The notes: a model not told the origin generated them from the sequence alone. Positions 17,701 through 24,369 are shown, numbered from the stretch's first letter. The stretch: 33,159 bases of DNA from Actinomycetota bacterium (GCA_947447095.1 CANFIL010000001.1:1-33159); one strand, 5' to 3'. Translations and numbers: made by a program.

Positions 17701-18556
17701 TACTAAATCGGTGCAGTGGTATCGCTGTGACAAGAATGTGTCTGCAGGTCTCACAACGTTTACTGCTGCAATGAAATGCAAGAAAATTGCTGGCGCTACG
17801 AAAGCGAGCTACAAAGTTTCTCTTGCCGACCAGGGAAAGTACCTTTCGAGTTTGGTAAAAGCTACTAACACTGTTGGGTCAGCTACGTTAACGACTAAGG
17901 CGATTCGTGTTCCTCTAGCGACGCAGCCAAAGTTGAAAACACTCGCAAAGCTCTCAGGCACTGCCGCAAAGGGCAAGCAAGTCACTTTGACTGCCGGCAA
18001 GTGGACCGCGAACCCAGTCGCCGCTACATCTCAGCAGTGGTATCGCTGTGAGAAGTCGGTTAAGGCAGGACTTGATGCATTGGCAACTGCTGCGAAGTGC
18101 ACGAAGGTCCCTGGTGCTACCGGCCTTCGATACAGGGTTGTAACCGCGGATCTGGACATGTATCTCACGGCTGTCATCACGGCAAAGAACTCGCAAGGTG
18201 TCGTTGTGATTACGGCTAAGAGCGTTCATGTACCTGGAACAAAGCCAACGTCAAAGACATCACCTTCTATTTCAGGAGCTGCTGTTTTGGATGGTGCGCT
18301 TCAAGCAACTTATGGCAAGTGGACGGCTGTTCCAGAAGCAACCACCTCGGTGCAGTGGTATCGCTGTGATGCGTCTGTTTCGGCTGGCCGTGGATCACTT
18401 TCGACTTCGAGTTGTACGAAGATTGCCGGCGCGACGGGCTCCCGATACAAGGTAACTGTCGCGGATCAAGGCAAGCGTCTCGCTGTTGAAGTTAAGGCTA
18501 AGAATTCATACGGAAATAATTCCGCACATTCAAAGTCAACTGCTCAGGTGAATTAA
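14762..18556 (+). CDS. Large secreted modular protein: signal peptide, 3 BspA-type leucine-rich-repeat modules, 2 Listeria-Bacteroides (Flg_new/InlB-B-like) repeats, and 3 C-terminal Cys-pair repeats
   Basis: 1264-aa ORF. GGAGA lies 7 nt before the ATG at 14765 (GTG 14762 is the alternative start). The signal peptide ends in ASPASAAG. LRR segments follow the pattern I-x-x-x-AF-x-x-x-x-L-x-S-I-x-LP. Flg_new-type repeats are present (YTATYDSRGGTEV...AGYTFDGWFDS..., VVNFNSKGGSAV...DGYRLGGWSATDGG...LYAVW). I found no LPXTG motif, C-terminal TM helix or lipobox. Confidence 0.9.
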   Translation: MMFRSLAKSHTNAKKLPSFIIGIALVAGTTVVAASPASAAGRDIACSVSGTFSINDNNVVNSSSSDCSGAVVIPADVTRIGAWAFANRHITSLDFETGSQLVAIDMYAAEFSDLATIHLPTGLQTIGHGAFTYAKITTISIPGTVETITGSPFNSTNLQTVIFEERVTPIINLSVDTFQDSRDLSSVTFRGPIEVRGGIRSPKSKEGLKWAGWSKSVDGPVVSFPLSITESGGATLYPVWVPPFVEVFNCSLGGTFRIVDHVVTSSTNDCVGEVVVPADAIEIGSWAFSGKNLTSMSFAAGSQLTQISNYAFEYSQLSSITLPAGLTSIGGGAFTSTKITSIVLPSGLKSIGDAAFYGTKITSISIPGNVETISGSPFRNSDLVTATFEPRIASSFNLAGSTFQNASNLTSVIFSGPVQVSNLGTISKADFNWTGWSTSPGGSVISFPFSVTDSAGVTLYPKWTAQIIATGNCSLGGTFRIVDHIIKSSTDDCAGVVSVPADVTEIGYTAFSGKNVTSVNIEAGSQLTRIAEYAFEFTPLTSINLPNGFKSIGHGAFTFAKLSTISIPGTVEAIEGSPFYGAALETVVFEPRVASQLSTSNDAFIYTRKLRSVTFMGPINFDSAPFGHTRYAQDWLGWSTSLGGPIVTYPLSVTDPAGVVLYPNASPRTYTATYDSRGGTEVAPGSIVGGEIEFPVSPTRAGYTFDGWFDSPNYWDWSRGPVTLWDQNNGATFYAKWIPDTHVVNFNSKGGSAVSAGSFVTDGEISSAPEAPVLDGYRLGGWSATDGGSEISFPYAPGGIQDVTLYAVWIRNTPTITSGSTPDSQVVSIPAGLTEAVVPATASLPGIKFGLPGTGGQVIATVAPTVNPANVAHTPFTVNGSTVIVDIEITGVTGDVTVCIDGGPRDHIYHYTGGAWVDLPQRTYVNGQVCGVTSSYSPFTAATPLPYKPYVMERPSISGNAQQDTYLSSTMGTWAADPVATKSVQWYRCDKNVSAGLTTFTAAMKCKKIAGATKASYKVSLADQGKYLSSLVKATNTVGSATLTTKAIRVPLATQPKLKTLAKLSGTAAKGKQVTLTAGKWTANPVAATSQQWYRCEKSVKAGLDALATAAKCTKVPGATGLRYRVVTADLDMYLTAVITAKNSQGVVVITAKSVHVPGTKPTSKTSPSISGAAVLDGALQATYGKWTAVPEATTSVQWYRCDASVSAGRGSLSTSSCTKIAGATGSRYKVTVADQGKRLAVEVKAKNSYGNNSAHSKSTAQVN
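14897..16765 (+). repeat. Three tandem, diverged modules of about 200-225 aa inside the LRR protein gene (14897..15508, 15509..16177, 16178..16765)
   Basis: Each module starts C-S-[VL]-[SG]-G-T-F-x-I-x-D...S-S-x-x-D-C-x-G-x-V-x-[IV]-P-A-D. Each ends W-x-G-W-S-x-S-x-x-G-P/S-x-V-x-[FY]-P-[LF]-S-[IV]-T-[ED]-x-x-G-x-x-L-Y-P. The DNA copies have diverged, and I saw no long identical stretches. Confidence 0.8.
16766..17191 (+). repeat. Two Listeria-Bacteroides-type (Flg_new-like) repeats within the LRR protein gene
   Basis: The pattern Y-x-[VA]-x-[YF]-[DN]-S-[RK]-GG-[TS]-x-V...G-Y-x-[FL]-[DG]-GW...[FL]-YA-[KV]-W occurs twice in tandem. Confidence 0.7.
17624..18553 (+). repeat. Three tandem repeats of about 100-106 aa at the C-terminus of the LRR protein (17624..17926, 17927..18244, 18245..18553)
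   Basis: The consensus is SG-x-A-x-x-G-x-x-L-x-A-x-x-G-x-W-T-A-x-P-x-A-T-x-S-x-QWYRC-x-x-x-V-x-AG...C-[KT]-K-[IV]-x-GAT-x-x-x-Y-[KR]-V-x-x-AD-x-G-K/M-Y/R-L. The exact 17-mer cagtggtatcgctgtga occurs at 17714, 18035 and 18353, a spacing of 321 and 318 nt. Confidence 0.85.
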
Positions 18557-18622
18557 GAGGTATTCAGTCACATACCAGTACGTCTGACCGAGAGGCTGTG
18601 ACGTGGTTTGACTGGATATGTT

Positions 18623-18662
18623 GTGTGGGGCGATCTGAAAATCAATTCAGATCGCCCCACAC
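18623..18662 (+). terminator. Perfect 17-bp stem / 6-nt loop hairpin downstream of the LRR protein gene (no U-tract)
   Basis: gtgtggggcgatctgaa (18623..18639), aatcaa, ttcagatcgccccacac (18646..18662). The arms are exact reverse complements. No T-run follows on either strand, so this is at best a tail-less terminator of the kind described in Actinobacteria. Confidence 0.55.
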
Positions 18663-18716
18663 GTATGTGACCTTCTGCTTATTAACCAGGTGATAGATCT
18701 GTGCCACGTTGCGCAG

Positions 18717-18748
18717 GTGTCGACGGTTCGAGTTTGTCGGGGTCAACT
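18717..18748 (+). repeat. Degenerate direct copy of the 3' half of tRNA-Lys (variable loop, T-arm, acceptor 3' strand); an att-like scar or part of a decayed tRNA
   Basis: 18719..18748 (gtcgacggttcgagTTTgtcggggTcAact) aligns without gaps to 13972..14001 (gtcgacggttcgagCCCgtcggggCcTact). There is an exact 14-mer, then an exact 7-mer in register, giving 25/30 identical on the same strand. Four of the five differences are C-to-T transitions. Confidence 0.65.
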
Positions 18749-18765
18749 CAATTAGAGTTGTAAAC

Positions 18766-20853
18766 GTGATTGCTCAGGGCTCGTCAAAGTCGGCCGTAGA
18801 ACGACTACTTCGAGGTGCGCTCGTCGCGTTTATGATCGCACTATTTTCGGGAACTATTGCCGACCAAGTAACGCGCAACTTCACTCATAGCGCCAACGTT
18901 GTGGCGGAGGTGTGGGTTACTTTTGCTGTTATCAGCGGGTATGTTTACCGAACCAAACTCCGTAGTGTTGCCCCAGGCATTGAGTACTTCGATTTAGCTG
19001 AGCGAACTAGGCACTGGGTTGGGCGAATAGCGATTCTTGCCGCTATCGCCGCAGTCGTTTTGACGACACTTCCACACGCATCGACAGTGTTTATCGTTGC
19101 CAAAGTTGTCGCAATTCTTATCGCCATCGGTGGCGCTGTGGGCTATTGGCTTGCAAGCGAAGAGCCGAAAGCTCAAATCGGTAAATCCGACATCATGCAG
19201 CGTGTGAATTCGCGCGTCCTTGGCGGCTGTGCATTTGTCGCAGCCCTACTTGCGTCAATGACTTATCGCACAAGTACCGATGATTTCTATTACGTCAATT
19301 TGTCCACATACATTTTCGACAAGGGACAGATTCCAGTACGCGACACTGTGCTCAGCGACCAATACTTCAATGGTTATGCGCGAATGTCATCGTGGGAAGT
19401 TCTGTGGGGTGTCTTTGCCCGCATCACTCACATACACGTCGCACTTCTCTTGTACGTAGTGTTTATTCCGCTGGCCGCAGCACTTTCTATTTATGTCTTA
19501 GCCAAGCTGATGGAATCAATGGGTATTCGACATCTGAATTTGGCCCTAATTGCGTCAACGATTTTCTTGGCTTTTGATGGGGTACAAGGCTTTACCTTTG
19601 GCTCGTATCAAGGACCACGTATTTGGCAAGGAAAGTCATTTTTCCTTGCAGTACTCATCCCATTGCTGTCCTTGCTGATACTGAAATTGCTTCGGTCGGG
19701 TAGCAAAGTCGACGCGATCATCCTCATTGGCGCAACGGTCGCTTCACTTGGTGCAACCACCACCACATTCATCATCGGCTTGCCGATGCTTGCTGCTGGT
19801 TTGTTCATTGCGCTGATGAATCGCAATCGAATTCAATCATTAGCTTTTTCTGCTTCCATCGCATACCTGCTTGCAACTGCTGTTTTATTCAAGAGAATGT
19901 TGGACGCGGAAAACACGACACAAGTGAGCGCTTTGGGACGTGGCGCTGGCGTAATTATTCGCACCGCAAAATACTCAACGCACGATGACATCCCACAATC
20001 ATTTGATTTGCTCACCAAACTGTCAGGTCCTACTTGGCACGCGACGCTATTCGCATTTGCAGCGGTCGTTGGGTGGATTGCGCTGCGAGGCAATTACGCA
20101 CGTCAGCTAGTTGCGCTGTATCTTGCCGCGTGGGGCTTCATCAGTAGCCCAGGCATCGTTCAGTTCTATACGGCAGCAACAGGCTCTGCTCCGATTGCCT
20201 GGCGTTACATTTGGCTCATCCCCATTCCATTGCTCGTAGGGGCGACGGCCTCTGTTTTGTATGACGGAATTTGGTACACGAGCACTTCACAAAAAATCCG
20301 CACGACGACAGCCTTAACCTGGGTTGCTTTGCTCGCGGTTCTGCCCATGACCTTGGGAACTCCGCCTTGGAAGATTGCTCCAGGATCGCGAGTGAGCGCA
20401 GACCTCACCAAGCCCGGTGTTTATCGAGTTGGCTTTGGCTATCCTCAAGCAGAAAAAGCTCTGCGTAAGGTTGCGAAGGAACATGACATCGTGTTGGCCC
20501 GCAATGGAATTAGCGCCTCTATCAATTCACGAACGACACGGTACTTCACAGTTGGGCTTCGACATGCATACGTCGAACATGCGACTAACGGTTTTAAGAA
20601 CGGTTTCCCAAAGCAGCGAATTGCACTTGCCACGTATGTTGGCAATCTCGAGGATAAGCCAACGCTTACTGATGCAAAGTTAGCCAGAGATCTGCGGCTT
20701 GTTCGCGTGAATGTGGTGTGTATTAGTAAAGAGCAAAGCCATCAAATCCCCACTTTTAAGGCACTGGGGTACATCGATAAACAAGCAAAAGTATCAAAGT
20801 CTGATGGTCGTATCTGGGTTTGGTGTGGTCGAACAAATGCATACGACAACTAG
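18766..20853 (+). CDS. Large polytopic membrane protein of unknown function with a C-terminal soluble domain of about 150 aa (possibly a GT-C-like glycosyltransferase or polymerase)
   Basis: The ORF is open from TTG 18709 (714 aa), but the first 13 codons would overlap the tRNA-like repeat. GTG 18766 (VIAQGSSKS...) is my preferred start, and it remains uncertain. There are at least 12 hydrophobic helices, followed by a hydrophilic C-terminal domain (PGVYRVGFGYPQAEKALRKVAKEHDIVLARNG...). I recognise no catalytic motif. Confidence 0.75.
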   Translation: MIAQGSSKSAVERLLRGALVAFMIALFSGTIADQVTRNFTHSANVVAEVWVTFAVISGYVYRTKLRSVAPGIEYFDLAERTRHWVGRIAILAAIAAVVLTTLPHASTVFIVAKVVAILIAIGGAVGYWLASEEPKAQIGKSDIMQRVNSRVLGGCAFVAALLASMTYRTSTDDFYYVNLSTYIFDKGQIPVRDTVLSDQYFNGYARMSSWEVLWGVFARITHIHVALLLYVVFIPLAAALSIYVLAKLMESMGIRHLNLALIASTIFLAFDGVQGFTFGSYQGPRIWQGKSFFLAVLIPLLSLLILKLLRSGSKVDAIILIGATVASLGATTTTFIIGLPMLAAGLFIALMNRNRIQSLAFSASIAYLLATAVLFKRMLDAENTTQVSALGRGAGVIIRTAKYSTHDDIPQSFDLLTKLSGPTWHATLFAFAAVVGWIALRGNYARQLVALYLAAWGFISSPGIVQFYTAATGSAPIAWRYIWLIPIPLLVGATASVLYDGIWYTSTSQKIRTTTALTWVALLAVLPMTLGTPPWKIAPGSRVSADLTKPGVYRVGFGYPQAEKALRKVAKEHDIVLARNGISASINSRTTRYFTVGLRHAYVEHATNGFKNGFPKQRIALATYVGNLEDKPTLTDAKLARDLRLVRVNVVCISKEQSHQIPTFKALGYIDKQAKVSKSDGRIWVWCGRTNAYDN

Positions 20854-20882
20854 CCGCATGCTCTTTGCGGTATTTTTACCGC

Positions 20883-21446
20883 ATGACTACTTTGTCGAAT
20901 CGACCTAATAAAGCTCTCGTTGTTATTGACGTTCAAAACGGTGTTGTATGGGATGCCTACGATCGTGACCGTATTGTCGGCAACATTGCCTCGCTTGTTG
21001 CATCAGCTCGCGCTAACAATGTTCCCGTGGTGTGGGTTCAGCACTCAGACGAGGAAATGCCAATTGGTGGCGAATACTGGCAACTTGTTCCAGAGTTGAT
21101 TCCGGTTGATGGTGAAGCGCGTGTTGAAAAGCTGTATCGCAATTCATTTGAAGCAACAACACTCGAAGATTCACTCGCAAAACTTGGTGCAGGCGAACTC
21201 ATCATTTGTGGTTCGCAAACAAACAATTGTGTTCGCCACACAATTCACGGAGCGCTTGATCGTGGTTACGACGTCACGTTGGTTGAAGACGCACACACAA
21301 CATCAGACTTCGAATGGGATCACGGCGTGATCTCAGCACTGTCGATCATTGACGAACAGAATGCCAATTGCCGTGGATTAAGTTTGCCCGGTAGAAACTG
21401 CGACATCGTCTTGTCGGACAACGCATTTAAGAAATTGGGTATTTAA
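20883..21446 (+). CDS. Isochorismatase-family cysteine hydrolase
   Basis: The ORF is open from 20820, but that would overlap the upstream gene. ATG 20883 gives MTTLSNRPNKALVVIDVQNGV..., the typical N-terminus of this family. The catalytic-Cys block is ICGSQTNNCVRHT. Confidence 0.85.
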   Translation: MTTLSNRPNKALVVIDVQNGVVWDAYDRDRIVGNIASLVASARANNVPVVWVQHSDEEMPIGGEYWQLVPELIPVDGEARVEKLYRNSFEATTLEDSLAKLGAGELIICGSQTNNCVRHTIHGALDRGYDVTLVEDAHTTSDFEWDHGVISALSIIDEQNANCRGLSLPGRNCDIVLSDNAFKKLGI

Positions 21447-21459
21447 GTAACTAGTTGAA

Positions 21460-21498
21460 ATAACAATGGGCGCTGAAAAAATCAGCGCCCATTGTTAT
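21460..21498. terminator. Bidirectional intrinsic terminator between convergent genes
   Basis: ataacaatgggcgctga (21460..21476), aaaaa, tcagcgcccattgttat (21482..21498). This is a perfect 17-bp stem. On the plus strand it is followed by the T-rich run gtggttgtttgtt. It lies between the stops at 21446(+) and 21510(-). Confidence 0.7.
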
Positions 21499-21509
21499 GT
21501 GGTTGTTTG

Positions 21510-22268
21510 TTAGTCGCGACCGTTAAGGATTGCGAGTAAGCGCAGAATTTCGGTGTAGAGCCACACGAGTGTGACGGTCAGACCAAAAGCCATGCGCCAT
21601 GATTCACGCTCTGGCATGCCCGCGGCCACAGCCTGGGTGATCATTTCGAAGTCCATGACAAGCGAGAACGTTGCCAGACCTACACCGGCAACACAGAGCA
21701 GAATGCCGAGCTGACCCATGCCGTAAAAGCCCCAGCCATCGCCGGCGCCAAAAAATGAACTGACGAATGATGCGAGAGCGATTACTAGGTAGGACACCAT
21801 GGCAATCGAGAACATCTTCATGAAACGACCATTGACGCGGATGATCTGTGACTTGTACATCGACAACATGACACCGAAGGCAACAAGTGTTCCGATAACG
21901 GCTTGCTGCGCGATGTTTTCGCCGTACGTTTCGTTGACCCAGAAACTCAATGCTCCGAGGAAGAGTCCTTCGACAGCGCCGTATGCCAAGACAAGTGCAG
22001 GAGAAACCTGCTTCTTGAATGCGTTAACGAGTCCGAGCACAAGTGCGCCGATCCACGAGAACATGAACAAGCTTGAGTTCGTCGGTGCGGTCGTCCAACC
22101 GATGTAGGCGCCAACGACAATGAGTGCAAAAACAGCCGCTGTCTTCATGATGACATCAGTCACCGTCAATTGACCTTCGACCTTAGGGCCGTTAACAATG
22201 CGGGCTAATTCTTCGTCCGAAACAACTGGCGTGTTCATCTTTGAAAAGACGGGATTACGGGAGGCCAT
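21510..22268 (-). CDS. Bax inhibitor-1/YccA family membrane protein
   Basis: The ORF is open to 22325. The ATG at 22268 (MASRNPVFSKMNTP...) is preceded by AAGGAAG on the minus strand and gives the N-terminus typical of actinobacterial BI-1/YccA proteins. Seven hydrophobic helices. Confidence 0.85.
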   Translation of the reverse strand: MASRNPVFSKMNTPVVSDEELARIVNGPKVEGQLTVTDVIMKTAAVFALIVVGAYIGWTTAPTNSSLFMFSWIGALVLGLVNAFKKQVSPALVLAYGAVEGLFLGALSFWVNETYGENIAQQAVIGTLVAFGVMLSMYKSQIIRVNGRFMKMFSIAMVSYLVIALASFVSSFFGAGDGWGFYGMGQLGILLCVAGVGLATFSLVMDFEMITQAVAAGMPERESWRMAFGLTVTLVWLYTEILRLLAILNGRD

Positions 22269-22337
22269 GTGTCTTCCTTTCAGGCACGTGTACTTGCGTA
22301 ACTTGATAATGCCCGCGCTGGGCACCTTTAAACAATG

Positions 22338-23384
22338 CTAGATCGTGGCCGTGTCAATGACGAAGCGGAAACGGACATCGCTGGCTACAACGCGGTCGTA
22401 TGCCTCGTTGATCTGGCTTGCTGAGATCACTTCAACTTCGCTGACAATGCCGTGTTCTGCGCAGAAATCAAGCATCTCTTGGGTTTCTTGGATGCCTCCG
22501 ATGCCCGAGCCAGCCAAACTGCGTTGCTGCGTCATCAATTCGCCACCGTCAATTGAGTACGGCTTTCCTGGCGCGCCGACGCAGACGAGTGTGCCCCACA
22601 TGCCCAGAGTGCGGATGAACGGCTGCAAATCGATGTCTGCCGAGACTGTGTTAATGATGATGTCGAATGAATTCTGTGCGGCTTTGAGAGCGCTTGCGTC
22701 ACTTGTGCAAATGAATGTGTGTGCACCCATGGCAAGAGCATCGTCGCGCTTACTTTCACTGTGACTCAATACAGTGACGTGAGCACCCATCGCTGCGGCA
22801 ATTTTCACACCCATGTGCCCAAGTCCGCCGAGTCCCATTACGGCCACATTCTTACCAGGGCCAGCGTTCCAATGGCGAAGCGGTGAGTACACAGTCACGC
22901 CAGCGCAAAGCAGGGGAGCCACGCCTGTGATGTCGAGTGATTCTGAAACGTGAAGAACGTGATCAGCTTTGGCCACGATGTTCTTGGAGTAGCCACCATA
23001 AGTCGGTGTAGTTCCATCCGCTTCGGTTGCGTTGTACGTCCACGTCGTGTGTGTAAGGCAGTAGTTATTCTTTCCTAATTTGCAGTTCTTGCATTCGCCG
23101 CAAGAATCAACGAAGCAACCGATGCCGGCAAGATCGCCGACTTTGAAATTCGAAACTGCTGAACCAACTTCAACAATTCGGCCCACAATTTCGTGGCCAG
23201 GAACCATTGGGAAGATTGCTGGACCCCACTCTTCACGTACTTGGTGAATGTCAGAGTGACAGATTCCCGCGTACTCGATGTCGATTGACACATCGTTCAC
23301 GCCAACTTCACGACGTTCAAATTCCCAAGCTTCTAACTTGCCACCGGCTGTCTGCGCTGCGTATCCACGAGTTGTAGTCATCAT
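22338..23384 (-). CDS. Zinc-dependent NAD(P)-alcohol dehydrogenase (cinnamyl-alcohol dehydrogenase / YahK-AdhC-like subfamily)
   Basis: 348-aa ORF. The catalytic zinc motif is GICHSDIHQVREEWG...PMVPGHEIVG. The structural zinc cluster is CGECKNCKLGKNNYC. The Rossmann motif is GLGGLGHMGVKIA. Confidence 0.9.
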   Translation of the reverse strand: MMTTTRGYAAQTAGGKLEAWEFERREVGVNDVSIDIEYAGICHSDIHQVREEWGPAIFPMVPGHEIVGRIVEVGSAVSNFKVGDLAGIGCFVDSCGECKNCKLGKNNYCLTHTTWTYNATEADGTTPTYGGYSKNIVAKADHVLHVSESLDITGVAPLLCAGVTVYSPLRHWNAGPGKNVAVMGLGGLGHMGVKIAAAMGAHVTVLSHSESKRDDALAMGAHTFICTSDASALKAAQNSFDIIINTVSADIDLQPFIRTLGMWGTLVCVGAPGKPYSIDGGELMTQQRSLAGSGIGGIQETQEMLDFCAEHGIVSEVEVISASQINEAYDRVVASDVRFRFVIDTATI

Positions 23385-23542
23385 GTCTCCTTGTTTCTCT
23401 AATGGTACGAGTTAGTGCATCAACGCGTTTACTGAGCAGTAATCGCAAGTTACGTGAGTAGAACGTAAGCGTTGTGTAAGCAAGTGGCGAAATCGTATCG
23501 CTGACGGAGATTTCTTTGGCACATTCCCTTAGATTCACAACT

Positions 23543-24364
23543 ATGTCTCATGAAACCACTCTCCGTGGAAGTCTCCTTACTGACTTGCATATCAAAGTTC
23601 CAGCAGTTACCGCCTTCTTTTGGGTAATTAAAGTTCTTGCCACAACAGTTGGTGAAACCTTCGCAGATTTTCTTAATAGCAACTTAAACATGGGGCTTAC
23701 AAAAACTTCACTCGTCATTACTGGCCTGTTGATCCTCGCCCTTGTTTTCCAGTTTCGGGCAAAAACTTACATCCCAACCATTTACTGGCTCGTAGTCATT
23801 TTGATCAGTGTCGCGGGAACTTTGATTACGGACAACCTCACCGACAATCTCGGAGTAGCTCTAAAGTCCACAACGTTGATCTTTGCAATCTGCCTGGCAA
23901 TCACTTTCGTCATTTGGCATCGCGTAGAAGGAACACTCTCAATTCACAGTGTTCGCACAACCCGCCGTGAAGCCTTCTATTGGTTGACGATTCTTTTCAC
24001 ATTCGCACTGGGTACCGCTGCCGGCGACCTTGTCAATGAAAGCTTTGCAATTGGCTACACAAAGGGCTTAGTACTTTTCGGCGCACTTATCGCAGCTTTC
24101 GCAATTGCTTACAGATTTGGCTTGAATGCCGTACTTGCCTTTTGGGCCTGCTATGTATTGACACGACCACTTGGCGCATCACTTGGCGACCTTCTTACTC
24201 AGCCAGTAATTCCTGAAGAAGACGGTGCTTTTCCAGGTCTTGGATATTCCACGTTTGCAGTCAATGCAATCTTTGCTGTGATCATCGTCGTTCTTGTTGG
24301 TTATCTGCAGATTTCAAAGGTAGATCAGATCACGCCTGACAAGTTTGCGGATGCGACCGAGTAG
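23543..24364 (+). CDS. Conserved integral membrane protein of unknown function (COG4705-like)
   Basis: The ORF is open from TTG 23516, and I prefer the ATG at 23543. The KVPAVTAFFWVIKVLATTVGETFADFL block and roughly 8 hydrophobic helices resemble the uncharacterised membrane-anchored protein family as I recall it. The family assignment is unverified. Confidence 0.7.
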   Translation: MSHETTLRGSLLTDLHIKVPAVTAFFWVIKVLATTVGETFADFLNSNLNMGLTKTSLVITGLLILALVFQFRAKTYIPTIYWLVVILISVAGTLITDNLTDNLGVALKSTTLIFAICLAITFVIWHRVEGTLSIHSVRTTRREAFYWLTILFTFALGTAAGDLVNESFAIGYTKGLVLFGALIAAFAIAYRFGLNAVLAFWACYVLTRPLGASLGDLLTQPVIPEEDGAFPGLGYSTFAVNAIFAVIIVVLVGYLQISKVDQITPDKFADATE

Positions 24365-24369
24365 TTAGT

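Larger units (their letters stand above)
14000..18718. mobile_element. Putative integrase-less genomic islet bounded by tRNA-Lys and a degenerate copy of its 3' half (cargo: TetR regulator + giant LRR secreted protein)
   Basis: The intact tRNA 3' end lies at 13972..14001 and its 25/30-identical same-strand copy at 18719..18748. No recombinase gene lies between them, so this is at best a relic. See the findings. Confidence 0.3.

Noticed and set aside
14000-18718. Search for an integrase, excisionase or transposase inside or next to the tRNA-bounded segment
   Set aside because: None was found in any frame: the segment is filled by the TetR and LRR genes. The islet is therefore called only as a low-confidence relic, not as an active mobile element.
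18709-18765. TTG-initiated N-terminal extension (MRRCRRFEFVGVNSIRVVN) of the polytopic membrane protein
   Set aside because: These codons are the tRNA-like repeat read as protein, which gives the Arg/Cys-rich sequence, and no RBS is present. I prefer the GTG at 18766, but the true start remains uncertain.
18623-21498. Possibility that the two perfect 17-bp hairpins (18623..18662 and 21460..21498) are copies of one REP/MITE-like family
   Set aside because: They share only a short GGGCG...CTGAAAA core, which is expected of GC-clamped terminator stems. The arms are otherwise unrelated, and no other copies occur in the window.
23449-23470. Inverted repeat TTACGT-n7-ACGTAA in the ADH / membrane-protein divergent spacer
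   Set aside because: The arms are only 6 bp, which is expected by chance in a 158-nt spacer. There is not enough support to call an operator.
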